DNA from: a virus
Lineage: Duplodnaviria > Caudoviricetes
Virus record (IMG/VR): IMGVR_UViG_3300031576_000039
Span: 702 to 64,701 of that record
DNA: 64,000 nt
Reading direction: 5' to 3' (one strand)
Both the position numbers and the translations under genes were made by a program. The notes below the pieces were generated by a model. The model was not told the DNA's origin. It saw only the letters and a list, made by a program, of their open reading frames with translations, and did no database searches. Of this stretch, positions 27,316 to 36,396 are shown piece by piece (the stretch's first letter is position 1; each line of letters opens with the position of its first letter).

Positions 27316-28880
27316 GGTGCCTCCTTCGGCTTGAAGTAGTGGGCGAGCAGGACCTCGATCGCCTCCTCCGGGTCCTCGGCGACCATCGCGAGGCGCGTGG
27401 CCGTGCGCGCCGTGACCTCCAGCTTCTTGAGCTTGGTCCCGTCGGCCTCCGGCGGATCGGGCACGACCACGTCGTCCGGCACCTGCTCCTCCGCCGGGCG
27501 CACGTCGGCGGCGGACAGGCGGTCGAACGAGAAGTCGACGGCGTCGAGGTACATCCGCAGCTCGCCCGCTGAGTAGGGCATGACCTCACGCATCTCGTCG
27601 ACCGACACCGACTCGTGGATGTCGCGCATCAGGTCGGCGAGGCGCACCTGGTCCGGCGACCCGCCCAGCTCGTTGAGGATGATCGTGAGCTGCTTGGCCT
27701 GCGCGTCGTCCATCTCGCCGACGTCCACCACCGGGATCTCCACCATCCCGATCAGCTGCGCCGCGCGCCAGCGGTGCTCCCCGTTGATGATCTGGTAGGT
27801 GCCGTCGGCGAGGGTCCGCACGACCGGGCGTTCGACGAACCCGAACCTGCGCAGTGAGGCGGCCAGCTTCGTGAAGTCGTCGTCCGACTGGACGTTGTAG
27901 TTCCACGGGTTGGGCTGGACCCGCGCGGCCGGGACCAGCTTCAACTTCTGATGGAGTCCCTGTGACCGCCAGACCACGCAACTACCAGAGCGGACCGCAG
28001 AGCCAGGCGGTGGGGGAAGTTGGTGGGAGATGACGGTGGCCATCAGGTTGCCCATGTACTGCCACTTCATGTCGAAGTCGAGCGCGCCGTCGAGGTGGCT
28101 GCGCAGCTTCCCGTATGCGACCTGGTGCTCGCGCTCGCACCACGCACGCCACGCCGTCCACTTGGGACTGTAGATCGACGCCTGCGGGACGGAGCCGCCG
28201 GAGAACAGGCTACCGCACCCGTACCGCCCAGCGTTGGTCCAGGTGGCAGAGTCGCAGCTCTCCGCCCTCGTGTGCCTGAGGATCTCCGGCGTGGTGCAGC
28301 CGAGGAGGTGCAGGCTCGGGTGGTCGCACTCGCGCAGTACGCGAGCGACGGCGAGGAGGAAGCTCTTTTCGTTGAGGCGCTCGAGCGTGCGACCCATCGT
28401 CAGCGACGACTCCCGCACCGCGACGCCCACGCGTCCCTTCTTGGCCAGCTCGCGCAGTCCTGCCTCGCCGTCCTGCCGGTGCCACACGTACATCACGCGG
28501 TTGGGCAGCTTCGCGAAGAACTCCTCCCGCAGCCTCCACACGAAGTCGGTGCCGTGGCTCTCCTGGACGTCGACCTCCACCACCTCGTGCTTCCAGCCCC
28601 AGCGCTGGACGTCTTCGACGTAGCGCTCAGTGAAGCGGAGGACGTCGTCCTCGGTCTGGAGAGTACCCGCCTCCGCGCCGTAGACGAGGGTGAACACGCC
28701 CGAGTCCATGATCCACTCGGCGTCATCTTCCGCCACCGCCTCCATGGTGCTGCTGAGGTCCAACCCCTTCGTGCGCTCGTTGGCGAGGTAGTGGTAGGAG
28801 CACAGCCGGAACGGGTAGTCCGCGAAGCGCAGGACCACGCCCATGTTGGCGCCCTCGGAGCCGGCCAAGAAGACCTTCAC
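27312..28880 (-). CDS. dpdA: DpdA(2)-like DNA-guanine transglycosylase fused in frame to a ParB/Srx domain
   Basis: IMDSGVFT, HLLG, SCDSATW (TGT-fold motifs); then PNPWNYN...GF...IINGEHRWRAA (ParB). Confidence 0.75.
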   Translation of the reverse strand: MKVFLAGSEGANMGVVLRFADYPFRLCSYHYLANERTKGLDLSSTMEAVAEDDAEWIMDSGVFTLVYGAEAGTLQTEDDVLRFTERYVEDVQRWGWKHEVVEVDVQESHGTDFVWRLREEFFAKLPNRVMYVWHRQDGEAGLRELAKKGRVGVAVRESSLTMGRTLERLNEKSFLLAVARVLRECDHPSLHLLGCTTPEILRHTRAESCDSATWTNAGRYGCGSLFSGGSVPQASIYSPKWTAWRAWCEREHQVAYGKLRSHLDGALDFDMKWQYMGNLMATVISHQLPPPPGSAVRSGSCVVWRSQGLHQKLKLVPAARVQPNPWNYNVQSDDDFTKLAASLRRFGFVERPVVRTLADGTYQIINGEHRWRAAQLIGMVEIPVVDVGEMDDAQAKQLTIILNELGGSPDQVRLADLMRDIHESVSVDEMREVMPYSAGELRMYLDAVDFSFDRLSAADVRPAEEQVPDDVVVPDPPEADGTKLKKLEVTARTATRLAMVAEDPEEAIEVLLAHYFKPKEAP

Positions 28881-29536
28881 GGCTGGTCCCACCTCGGGTA
28901 CAGCGCGAGCAGGCCCGCGGTCTCGAGGTCGCGTCGCATCAGCACGCAGTGGTGGCACCGGCGGCAGGGTACGTGCCCGCCCTCGTAGCAGTTCCACAGG
29001 CTGCCGAGGTCTACGCCAGCCTCCCTCAGGTTGAGGAGTAGCAGAGACTTCGGCAGGGCCCGGGCGCCGAGCGGCTGGGAGAACCGCACCGACACGCCCT
29101 TCTCCGAGCAGCGGGTGACGAGGTCGCCCATGCGCTCGTAGAACTCGGTGGTGCAGTCCCAGAAGCAGAAGGGATCGTCGTCCCGGTGGGTGGTCGTCTT
29201 GCTCCCCACCACCACCTCCTCCGCTCCGACCGCCTCCGCCAGGTTGGCCATGATGGTCCCGATCACCAGGTTGCGGATCGGCACGTAGGCGACCGGAACG
29301 CCGCCCGCCGCCAGGCCCATCTCGAGCGTGACCTGGCGATTGACGAGCCGCTCGAAGTGGGGGTAGCGGGCCGCGAACCACGACGCGAGGTACTGCGCGG
29401 CCTCCCGCTCCTGCCGCGCGTACGGCTGGCCGTAGTCGACGAAGGCGGCGGTGACCTGCGCACCTGCGTCGAGGGTGAGCTTGGTAGAGTAGGCACTGTC
29501 GTACCCACCCGACAGCTCGCAGACCACCTTCCTCAC
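28877..29536 (-). CDS. queC: QueC-like PP-loop ATPase, divergent
   Basis: LSGGYDS, DYGQ, YVPIRN, WNCY...CRRCHHC. Confidence 0.85.
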   Translation of the reverse strand: MRKVVCELSGGYDSAYSTKLTLDAGAQVTAAFVDYGQPYARQEREAAQYLASWFAARYPHFERLVNRQVTLEMGLAAGGVPVAYVPIRNLVIGTIMANLAEAVGAEEVVVGSKTTTHRDDDPFCFWDCTTEFYERMGDLVTRCSEKGVSVRFSQPLGARALPKSLLLLNLREAGVDLGSLWNCYEGGHVPCRRCHHCVLMRRDLETAGLLALYPRWDQP

Positions 29537-30405
29537 GGACGACCTCCGATCGCGCTGCGCAAGCTGGCGTGCTCCTTGTCCGTGCCCGACCACAGGAAGA
29601 CCTGGTAGCCGTCGCGCGTGCGGTACAGGTCGAAGCGCTGCGCGACCTCCTCTGGGATCGCGCTCAGCCTGAGGGTGAGCACCGGGCCGTCGCCGACGAC
29701 GTGCTCCGGGTCGAGCAGGGCGACGAGGAGCGCACGCCTCTCGTCGATCTTCTCCCGCAGCTTCTTCGCGTCGAAGAGATGGAGGACGCGCGCGAGGTCG
29801 GCGACGAGGGGGATGGCCGGCGTGTGCGGGGACTCCCTCCTCTGCTGGAACTGCTCCCTGTAGCGGGCGAGGTTGAGGTAACTGTAGGCCCCCCTCGAGT
29901 CGAGGAGGAGGTCCCACCCTCGGGGTGACACCACGACGATCCCCATCACCGGCAGAGCGCCCAGTTGCTTGCTCGTCACCGTGGTCCAGATCTCCGCCTC
30001 CTGGAGCGCCGGGTAGTAGGGAAACGCGCTCACCATGTCCACCATCCACGCCCCGACCTTCGGCGGGGGTGGCGTCGCGAACGAGGTCGCGGTGTCGTAG
30101 CCGACCCACGCAGCGTGGGTGGACTCAGGAGAGAACACGTCGTGCGCGCGGGCGAGCATCTCCAGACGCGCGGCGAACTCGAGGTCCGCACGCTCCACCC
30201 GCCACGAGCGGTTGCTGCTGGCGAACACCGACTCGTTCGCCAGCGTGCCGCTACCCGTGAGGAGCAGGACGTCGCTGTCGAGTGGGACCGAGAACCTCTC
30301 CCTGAACAGGTCCACCGCCTCGGTCAAGAGTTCGCGGTAGGTCGCACTGCGGTGGTGGAAGTTCCCGGGCTGTCCCGTGAGGGTCCTGGCGTTGGGACCG
30401 AACAC
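29533..30405 (-). CDS. PLP-dependent enzyme, aminotransferase class V-like, compact (290 aa)
   Basis: FGP, HHRS, LTGSGT, DMVSAF, SKQLG (PLP lysine), P.TP. Confidence 0.8.
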   Translation of the reverse strand: MFGPNARTLTGQPGNFHHRSATYRELLTEAVDLFRERFSVPLDSDVLLLTGSGTLANESVFASSNRSWRVERADLEFAARLEMLARAHDVFSPESTHAAWVGYDTATSFATPPPPKVGAWMVDMVSAFPYYPALQEAEIWTTVTSKQLGALPVMGIVVVSPRGWDLLLDSRGAYSYLNLARYREQFQQRRESPHTPAIPLVADLARVLHLFDAKKLREKIDERRALLVALLDPEHVVGDGPVLTLRLSAIPEEVAQRFDLYRTRDGYQVFLWSGTDKEHASLRSAIGGRP

Positions 30406-30406
30406 G

Positions 30407-30970
30407 TTACCCCACCCGCGTGAGACGCGAGAGGAACTCTGTCCTCACGCTCGAGTCCGACAGGAAGGCACCGCCCAGCGCCGTGGTGACCATCTCCGAG
30501 CGCTGCTTGCCGACGCCGCGCGCTGCCATGCACATGTGCTGCGCGCGAACCTCCACGCCCCACCCGATGGGGTTGAGGTGCTCCTGCAACGCCTCGCCGA
30601 TCTGGCTGGTCATCCGCTCCTGGATCTGGAGGCGGCGCGCGAAGCACTCGACCAGGCGGGCGAGCTTCGACAGGCCGACGACGCGCGCGCGGGGGATGTA
30701 CGCGAGGGACGCGACCCCGTGGAATACGAGGGTGTGGTGCTCGCAGAGGGAGAAGAAGTCGACCTCGCGCAGGACGACCATCGCGTTGTAGGTACCGCCG
30801 TCGAACTGCGCCGCGAGGATATCCTTGGGGTCCATCTCGTACCCGCCGCACAGCTCCGCCATTGAGCGTGCGACGCGGGCCGGCGTGTCGCGCAGGCCGT
30901 CGCGCTCCGGGTCCTCACCGACGCCCGCCAAGATCATGCGGACCCCCTCCGAGATCAGTGCCTCATCCAT
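30407..30970 (-). CDS. folE: GTP cyclohydrolase I
   Basis: TPARVA, SLCEHH, GLSKLAR, RLQIQER, HMCMAARG. Confidence 0.95.
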   Translation of the reverse strand: MDEALISEGVRMILAGVGEDPERDGLRDTPARVARSMAELCGGYEMDPKDILAAQFDGGTYNAMVVLREVDFFSLCEHHTLVFHGVASLAYIPRARVVGLSKLARLVECFARRLQIQERMTSQIGEALQEHLNPIGWGVEVRAQHMCMAARGVGKQRSEMVTTALGGAFLSDSSVRTEFLSRLTRVG

Positions 30971-32591
30971 GGACAAGCCGGCCTCCTTCCGCGCGCACGT
31001 GCACCGCCGTGCGCAGCCGGTCCTTGAGGTGCTGGGAGTGGGTGATCACGACGACGCACCTGGACTGTGCCAGGTCCTCTAGGACGGACGCAACCGCCGT
31101 GGCGCCCTGCTCGTCGAGCGCGTCGAGCACCTCGTCTAGCCACAGAGTGGACCCCTCCTGCGAGCCTCTCGCAGCCTGTGCGACGTCAGCGAGAGCGAGC
31201 ATCAGGGCGACGTCGATCCGGCGCCGCTCTCCGCCGCTAGCCCCGCGGTACCCGCGGCCGCCGCCCGCGCCGTCCACCTCGATCGAGATCGCCTCTGACA
31301 TCGCGCCCGACCGGCGCTCGGTGTACGGGCTCAGGCGGACCGAGAGCCCGCCGCCCGCGAGTCGATCCAGCCAGCCGTTGGCGGCGGCGGCGAGACCGTC
31401 CAGCGCCCGACCCAGGATGTGAGCGCGCACGCCGCGCATGCCCAGCACGCGCTCGCACGCCTCCAGCTTCGTTACCTCCGCGGAGAGCGACGCGACCTTC
31501 AGGGTCAACTCCACGACCTTCGCAGCCCGCGCGCCGAGGGCGTCCTGGGCCCCCCGAAGGTCGGTCTCCACCGTCATCCTCGCCTCTGCGGCCCCCCGCG
31601 CCCGGCCGAGGCCCATGTCCGCGGCGCGCGTCCTGGACTCCAGTTCCCGCAGCTCCTCCTCCGCCTCGTCTCTCTCGGCGCGGATCGCGGTGGACTGCTG
31701 GCAGACGTCTGTCAGGAGAGAGCGAGCGCGCGTGACGGCGTCGTTGAACCGATCCAGATCCACGACCTGCACCGGCTGCTCGCACGTCGGACACCGCCCG
31801 TCCGCGAGAGTCCGCGCCCGCTCCTCCGCGGATCGCAGCAGCCCACGTACCTCGCCCTCCTTCCGCGCCGCGTCGGCCCACCTGCGGGTCAGCTCCGCGA
31901 CCTGCCCACGGCAACCGGCGCCGAGGGCGCGGAGGTCCACCGTCCGGCGCTCGAGCAGCTGCTCGAGGTCGCCGGGATCCTCGAGAGCGTCCAGGCGAGC
32001 CTCGCACGCCGCGACCCTCCGACCCGCCTCCTCCTGGCGGGCGACCTCGACGGCCAGGTCGCGGTCGGCGGAGGCGTGCGCCACGGTGGCGGTGCGCAGG
32101 TCCAGCCGGCAAGCCTCGAGCGCGGCGTCGAAGCGGTCTAGCCCCAGCACCGACTCCAGCAGGCGCTTGCGCTCCGCGTCCGTAGCGAGAGTGAAGTGCG
32201 CGGCGTCGGCGGACGAGAACACGCACGACCGCCGCCACAGGTCCAGCGTGCCGACCTCGGCGTCGAGGGCGTCCTGCGCCTTGGTGGTGGACTCGTACGC
32301 GACCGCCTCCTCGCCGGCCCGGCACCACGACAGCTCCGACTTGCCGCTAGCTCGAGCGCGGTAGACGGCACGATCGGAGGTGAGGACTTGGACCTCGCAC
32401 CGGCCGCTCGAGGGCGTCGGGTCGGCTCCGCGGAGGGTCTTGCCCCACAGGCCCCACGCGACGGCCTCCAGGATGCTCGACTTGCCGGCGCCGTTGGGGC
32501 CCGTGACCAGCACGACCCCGCGCGCGGGGAGGTCCAGCCGCGTGCTCGCGTGCACCGTGAACCCCTGCATCTCGACGCGGCGGACGATCAA
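30963..32591 (-). CDS. SbcC/Rad50-like ATPase (T4 gp46-like)
   Basis: GPNGAGKS, CPTC zinc hook, SGGE signature, WLDE, ITH. Confidence 0.9.
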   Translation of the reverse strand: MIVRRVEMQGFTVHASTRLDLPARGVVLVTGPNGAGKSSILEAVAWGLWGKTLRGADPTPSSGRCEVQVLTSDRAVYRARASGKSELSWCRAGEEAVAYESTTKAQDALDAEVGTLDLWRRSCVFSSADAAHFTLATDAERKRLLESVLGLDRFDAALEACRLDLRTATVAHASADRDLAVEVARQEEAGRRVAACEARLDALEDPGDLEQLLERRTVDLRALGAGCRGQVAELTRRWADAARKEGEVRGLLRSAEERARTLADGRCPTCEQPVQVVDLDRFNDAVTRARSLLTDVCQQSTAIRAERDEAEEELRELESRTRAADMGLGRARGAAEARMTVETDLRGAQDALGARAAKVVELTLKVASLSAEVTKLEACERVLGMRGVRAHILGRALDGLAAAANGWLDRLAGGGLSVRLSPYTERRSGAMSEAISIEVDGAGGGRGYRGASGGERRRIDVALMLALADVAQAARGSQEGSTLWLDEVLDALDEQGATAVASVLEDLAQSRCVVVITHSQHLKDRLRTAVHVRAEGGRLVHG

Positions 32592-32598
32592 CGCCGCC

Positions 32599-32826
32599 TC
32601 ACTTGCCGTCACGCTCGAAGATCGCCTGCCGGCAGTAGACACAAGCATCGAGAAGCTCCTGGTATAGGTCGACGAGCGGATCGCGACCGTTGAACGCCTG
32701 GAGAGGCGTGCCGTACCGCAAGCGTCCGACGTTGTCCCTGGCCTCCATGTCTTCGATCACCAACGACCAGATCGGCATGGAACCGTTGGGCTGCGGTGGC
32801 CCCTGCTCCTCTACGAGATCGCTCAT
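32599..32826 (-). CDS. Small all-alpha NTP pyrophosphatase/MazG-like phage protein
   Basis: G..RYGT.L...NGRD.L.D.YQELLD..VY pattern. Confidence 0.55.
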   Translation of the reverse strand: MSDLVEEQGPPQPNGSMPIWSLVIEDMEARDNVGRLRYGTPLQAFNGRDPLVDLYQELLDACVYCRQAIFERDGK

Positions 32827-33965
32827 GTCAAGTACCCCCTCACCTGCTCGAGCACCGCCTGGCGGTCCACGCCGTCGGGCAGGTCCATCGCGGTGACGTA
32901 GTGGGCCAGCGCGTCCTCCAGGGTGCCGGCGTGGCGCGCGGCGTGTGCGGCGGTGGCGGCTGCCGCGCGCGCCTCGAACTCGTCGACCACGACCTCGCCG
33001 TCGGCCACGTCACCAGACGCGCGCCTGGCGGCGAGCCAAGCGAGGGCCTCCTCCATCTCCACCCGCGCAGCCTTGACGCGCACGAAGGACTCGTTCTCCT
33101 GGTCGCGCTGGGCCTCGGCGAGTTGGGCACTGACCTCCGGCATGGCACCGGACAGGAACCTCGGGCCCGGGACCTCCTCCCACGCCAGGCTGTCCTCGTC
33201 GGAGTCGTACACGGCGAGGGTCCCGTAGCCGGTGGACCCCGCGTCGCTGAAGCCCGTGGGGCACAGCGCGCCCACCTGCACCACCGCGACCTCGCCGTGC
33301 TGCCAGAGCCGGCGCCTGTGCCAGTTGCCGGCGAGCACGGCGGACGCCCCGCACCGCTGAGCCAGGTACCCCAGATCCGGCAGCTCTATCGCGTCGTGCG
33401 CCTTGCGCAAGAACGCGGGCGTGTCGGTGTCGACGATCCCGAGGTGCAGGGCGACGATCAGCGGGCCGGACGGGCGCTGGTCAACCGCCTCCGCGAGCGC
33501 GCCGGCCAGCCACCCGCGGGCGTCCCCGGGACGGAACGGGACGAATGCGACGACCGCGCCGCCGGGTAGCCGCCAGCCCGGTTCGTCGACCACGCTGATC
33601 CGCGGTCCGCCCTCGCGGTAGAAGCCGTCCAGCGGAGCGAACGCGTGGTCCCCGGGCTCGGAGCTGACCTGGTCGTGGTTGCCGGTCAGCAGCCACACCC
33701 GCTCTAGCGGATGGGCGACGAGCGCGTCGCGGGCGGCGCGCAGGACCTGCGGTGACGGGTCTGAGCGGTCGAACAGGTCGCCGAGCACCACGAGGTCGGA
33801 GCACCCGTCTGCGTACGCGGCAGCGCATGCGCGCTCCAGCGCCTCCACGACCAGCCGGCACCTGCCGTTGACTCCGACGCGGGCTGGTCCCCCGAACCGC
33901 GGAAAGTTGTGCACGTGCACGTCGGCGACGAAGCCGATCTTCCTCCTGGTGGTCTTCACGTCCAC
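32823..33965 (-). CDS. SbcD/Mre11-like metallophosphoesterase nuclease (T4 gp47-like)
   Basis: ADVH, GDLFD, GNHD, GNWH. Confidence 0.9.
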   Translation of the reverse strand: MDVKTTRRKIGFVADVHVHNFPRFGGPARVGVNGRCRLVVEALERACAAAYADGCSDLVVLGDLFDRSDPSPQVLRAARDALVAHPLERVWLLTGNHDQVSSEPGDHAFAPLDGFYREGGPRISVVDEPGWRLPGGAVVAFVPFRPGDARGWLAGALAEAVDQRPSGPLIVALHLGIVDTDTPAFLRKAHDAIELPDLGYLAQRCGASAVLAGNWHRRRLWQHGEVAVVQVGALCPTGFSDAGSTGYGTLAVYDSDEDSLAWEEVPGPRFLSGAMPEVSAQLAEAQRDQENESFVRVKAARVEMEEALAWLAARRASGDVADGEVVVDEFEARAAAATAAHAARHAGTLEDALAHYVTAMDLPDGVDRQAVLEQVRGYLT

Positions 33966-34882
33966 CCCAGCTTCGCCCGGGCCTCCTCGAGCAGGGCAGC
34001 GGACATCCGCGCGGCCTCCGGCACGAGGCCGCGGTCCTTAGCGTGGGCCAGGGTGGCCCAGTCGTCGTCCCACCCCGCGGCGTAGTCGAGGCGGACTTGC
34101 GCCTTGCGCCACGGTGGGGCGAGGCGGTTCTTGGTCGCGAGGAAGGTGACCACCTTCCCGGTGTGCTCGCCCTCATCCTTCACCGCCTTGCCACCGAACA
34201 GCTGAAGGCGGATCGACGCGTGGAACTTCACGGCGTGCCCGCCCGGGGTCGTGTACTTGTCACCGAACATCACGCCGATCTTCTCTCGCACCTGGTTGAC
34301 GAACAGGAGGCACGCCCGCTTCTCGACCGCCAGGGGGGAGAGCACCTTACAGATCTTGCCGAGCGCGCGGGCGCGCTCGCCGATGCGGTCGTCGCCGGAC
34401 AGCCCGTCGTCGACCTCGCGCTGCGTCGGGGTTGCGGCGATCGAGTCCCACACCACGGCGTTGGGACCGACGCTAGCCGGCACAGCGCCGAGGGCGGCCT
34501 CGATCTGCTGTCCCGCCTGCTCGATCGACCCGGGCTGCAAGAGCACCAGCTGCTCGACGTCGCAGCCGAACAGGCGCGCGCGGGCGTTGTCGATCCCGTT
34601 CTCCGTCTCCGCCCAGATCGCGATCCCGCCCTCGCGCTGCGCGCCCGCCGCGACCGTGTAGGCATAGGTCGTCTTCCCGACGCCCTCGTCCGAATACACC
34701 TCGACCAAGCGGCCGACCGGCATCCCACCCACCCCGAAGACGTAGTGGTCCAGCACGGCAACGCCCGTGGGGATCACCTCGCGCACCTCGCACGCCGCGC
34801 CGTCGGACAACCGCAGCGCGGACTCGTCCCCGAACTTCGCGCGCACCGCCTTGATGACGCGGTCGACGTGGTCACGGCTCAC
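33956..34882 (-). CDS. recA: RecA/UvsX recombinase
   Basis: GMPVGRLVE...GVGKTT, VWDSIAA, NQVREKIGVMFG, TPGG.A.KFHASIRL. Confidence 0.93.
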   Translation of the reverse strand: MSRDHVDRVIKAVRAKFGDESALRLSDGAACEVREVIPTGVAVLDHYVFGVGGMPVGRLVEVYSDEGVGKTTYAYTVAAGAQREGGIAIWAETENGIDNARARLFGCDVEQLVLLQPGSIEQAGQQIEAALGAVPASVGPNAVVWDSIAATPTQREVDDGLSGDDRIGERARALGKICKVLSPLAVEKRACLLFVNQVREKIGVMFGDKYTTPGGHAVKFHASIRLQLFGGKAVKDEGEHTGKVVTFLATKNRLAPPWRKAQVRLDYAAGWDDDWATLAHAKDRGLVPEAARMSAALLEEARAKLGWT

Positions 34883-35088
34883 GCTACCGCCTCCAACTCC
34901 GCGAGTAACTCGCGGAGGTCCGCGAGCACGCTCTCCATGGCCTCGACCTCTGCGCTGTGGACCACGGAGCAGATGCCGGGAGGTGCACCTCGCTCGCGCG
35001 TCTGCGCCAGCGGCCGCTCGAAGTCGCCCCCGTCGGCGGCGGCATCGAGGCGCCGGCAGGGTCACTGTGAAATGCGAGCATCGTCATT

Positions 35089-35853
35089 TCACCACTTCTC
35101 GCTGAAGTCGGCGTCGACGGAGTCCTGCACGCCCGACGAAGCGCGCGACTGGCGCGCGGGCGCGCCGCCCTCGGGAGGTCCGGATCCCCTGGCAGGGGCG
35201 CCGCCCGAGAGCATCGCCATGATCTCCTCCGCGGAGGCCACGCGGATCGACAGGTCGTGCGCCTCGTCGATCCACGACTGCATGGTCGCGGGGTCCGGGT
35301 GCAGCGGGGTCGAGTGGCGGGCCGGGATCACGCGGTACTTCGTGTCCTCCTTGCCCGTGCCCTCCCGCTGGATCATGACGTCGAACCCGTCGAGCGGGTG
35401 GGTGAAGTCGCCCCCGGCGACCTGGTCGGTGCGGATGGCGGTCAGCGTCTCGTGGATCGTCTTGCCGAACGTGAGGATCTGGGGACCCTTGTCCTGGTCA
35501 CCGCGGTCGATCGCGTTGGCCATCACACGCTTGCTGGGCCACAGCCCGGACGCCGCGTTGCGGTCCGCGGCGCTGCCGGTCTTGGACAGCTCGTCCGCGC
35601 GCACGCACGCCGGGCACAGCTTGTTGAGCGACACGCGCGGGCAGGCGAACACGGTCGCGCGCTGCTGGCCCGGCAGGGTGATGTAGTGCTGCGAGACGAT
35701 CGCGAACGGGGACTTCTGCCCGATCCGCGGGGGCAGGAAGCGGACGACGTTCTTGCCGACCTTGAGCTTCATGTACTCGCCGCGCGAGATCTCCTGCTTC
35801 TCCTGCTCGGCCTGGTCGACGCTGTACTCTCCGAACTTCACGAGGTTGGTCAT
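35089..35853 (-). CDS. Single-stranded DNA-binding protein (T4 gp32-like)
   Basis: VRFLPP, H...C...CP.C Zn site, DFTHPLDGFD, acidic C-tail. Confidence 0.75.
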   Translation of the reverse strand: MTNLVKFGEYSVDQAEQEKQEISRGEYMKLKVGKNVVRFLPPRIGQKSPFAIVSQHYITLPGQQRATVFACPRVSLNKLCPACVRADELSKTGSAADRNAASGLWPSKRVMANAIDRGDQDKGPQILTFGKTIHETLTAIRTDQVAGGDFTHPLDGFDVMIQREGTGKEDTKYRVIPARHSTPLHPDPATMQSWIDEAHDLSIRVASAEEIMAMLSGGAPARGSGPPEGGAPARQSRASSGVQDSVDADFSEKW

Positions 35854-35915
35854 TGGCTTGCTCCTGTCTTGGGTCTTGCTATTGGCGTTGGGTTGCTGTG
35901 GTTGCGGACTCGACT

Positions 35916-36374
35916 CTACTTCCGGATCTCCTTGCTGTCGCGCATCGCGGCGCGCAGCGACGGCTCCCCCTCCATCTCCATCCTGATGGTGGCACCGAGG
36001 GAGACGAGCATGTCCTTCTTCGCGTGCAGTGCGTCGACGACGCCGCGAAGGCGGACCTTCTCGACCTCCGCCTCGATCGCTTCGAACCGCGCAGTGCACA
36101 CGGCGATGTCCATGTCGACTGCCGCGTCGATCATGGACTCGGTGACCTTCTGCGTCTCGGCCATCTTGGCGCGCAGCTCGATCCGGCGCATGGCGACGAC
36201 GCGGTCGACGTTGAGCGACGCGATCAGGTGCGTGCGCAGGGCCTCCGCGTGATAGGCGTTCCAGTAGGCGAGGTCGGAGGAGAACTGTACGTACTCCTCG
36301 TTCAGAGCTAGCGGCTCGATGGACACGCACTTCTTGAGGTACGCGTCGACCTCGAGATCGTGGATCTTGGACAT
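35916..36374 (-). CDS. UvsY-like recombination mediator
   Basis: Helical; TESMI.A.V...A..AKKDMLVSLGA..R; next to SSB. Confidence 0.55.
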   Translation of the reverse strand: MSKIHDLEVDAYLKKCVSIEPLALNEEYVQFSSDLAYWNAYHAEALRTHLIASLNVDRVVAMRRIELRAKMAETQKVTESMIDAAVDMDIAVCTARFEAIEAEVEKVRLRGVVDALHAKKDMLVSLGATIRMEMEGEPSLRAAMRDSKEIRK

Positions 36375-36396
36375 TACTGGATCCGCCTTGATCGCC

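Noticed and set aside
25130-32826. Queuosine tRNA pathway as host auxiliary metabolism, or a Z-base (purZ) system
   Set aside because: No queF, queA or canonical Zn-binding tgt, and no purZ; the DpdA-like and ParB context points to DNA guanine modification
34879-35087. Small gene between SSB and recA
   Set aside because: The plausible start and the coding-like 3' part are in different frames; no consistent ORF can be supported
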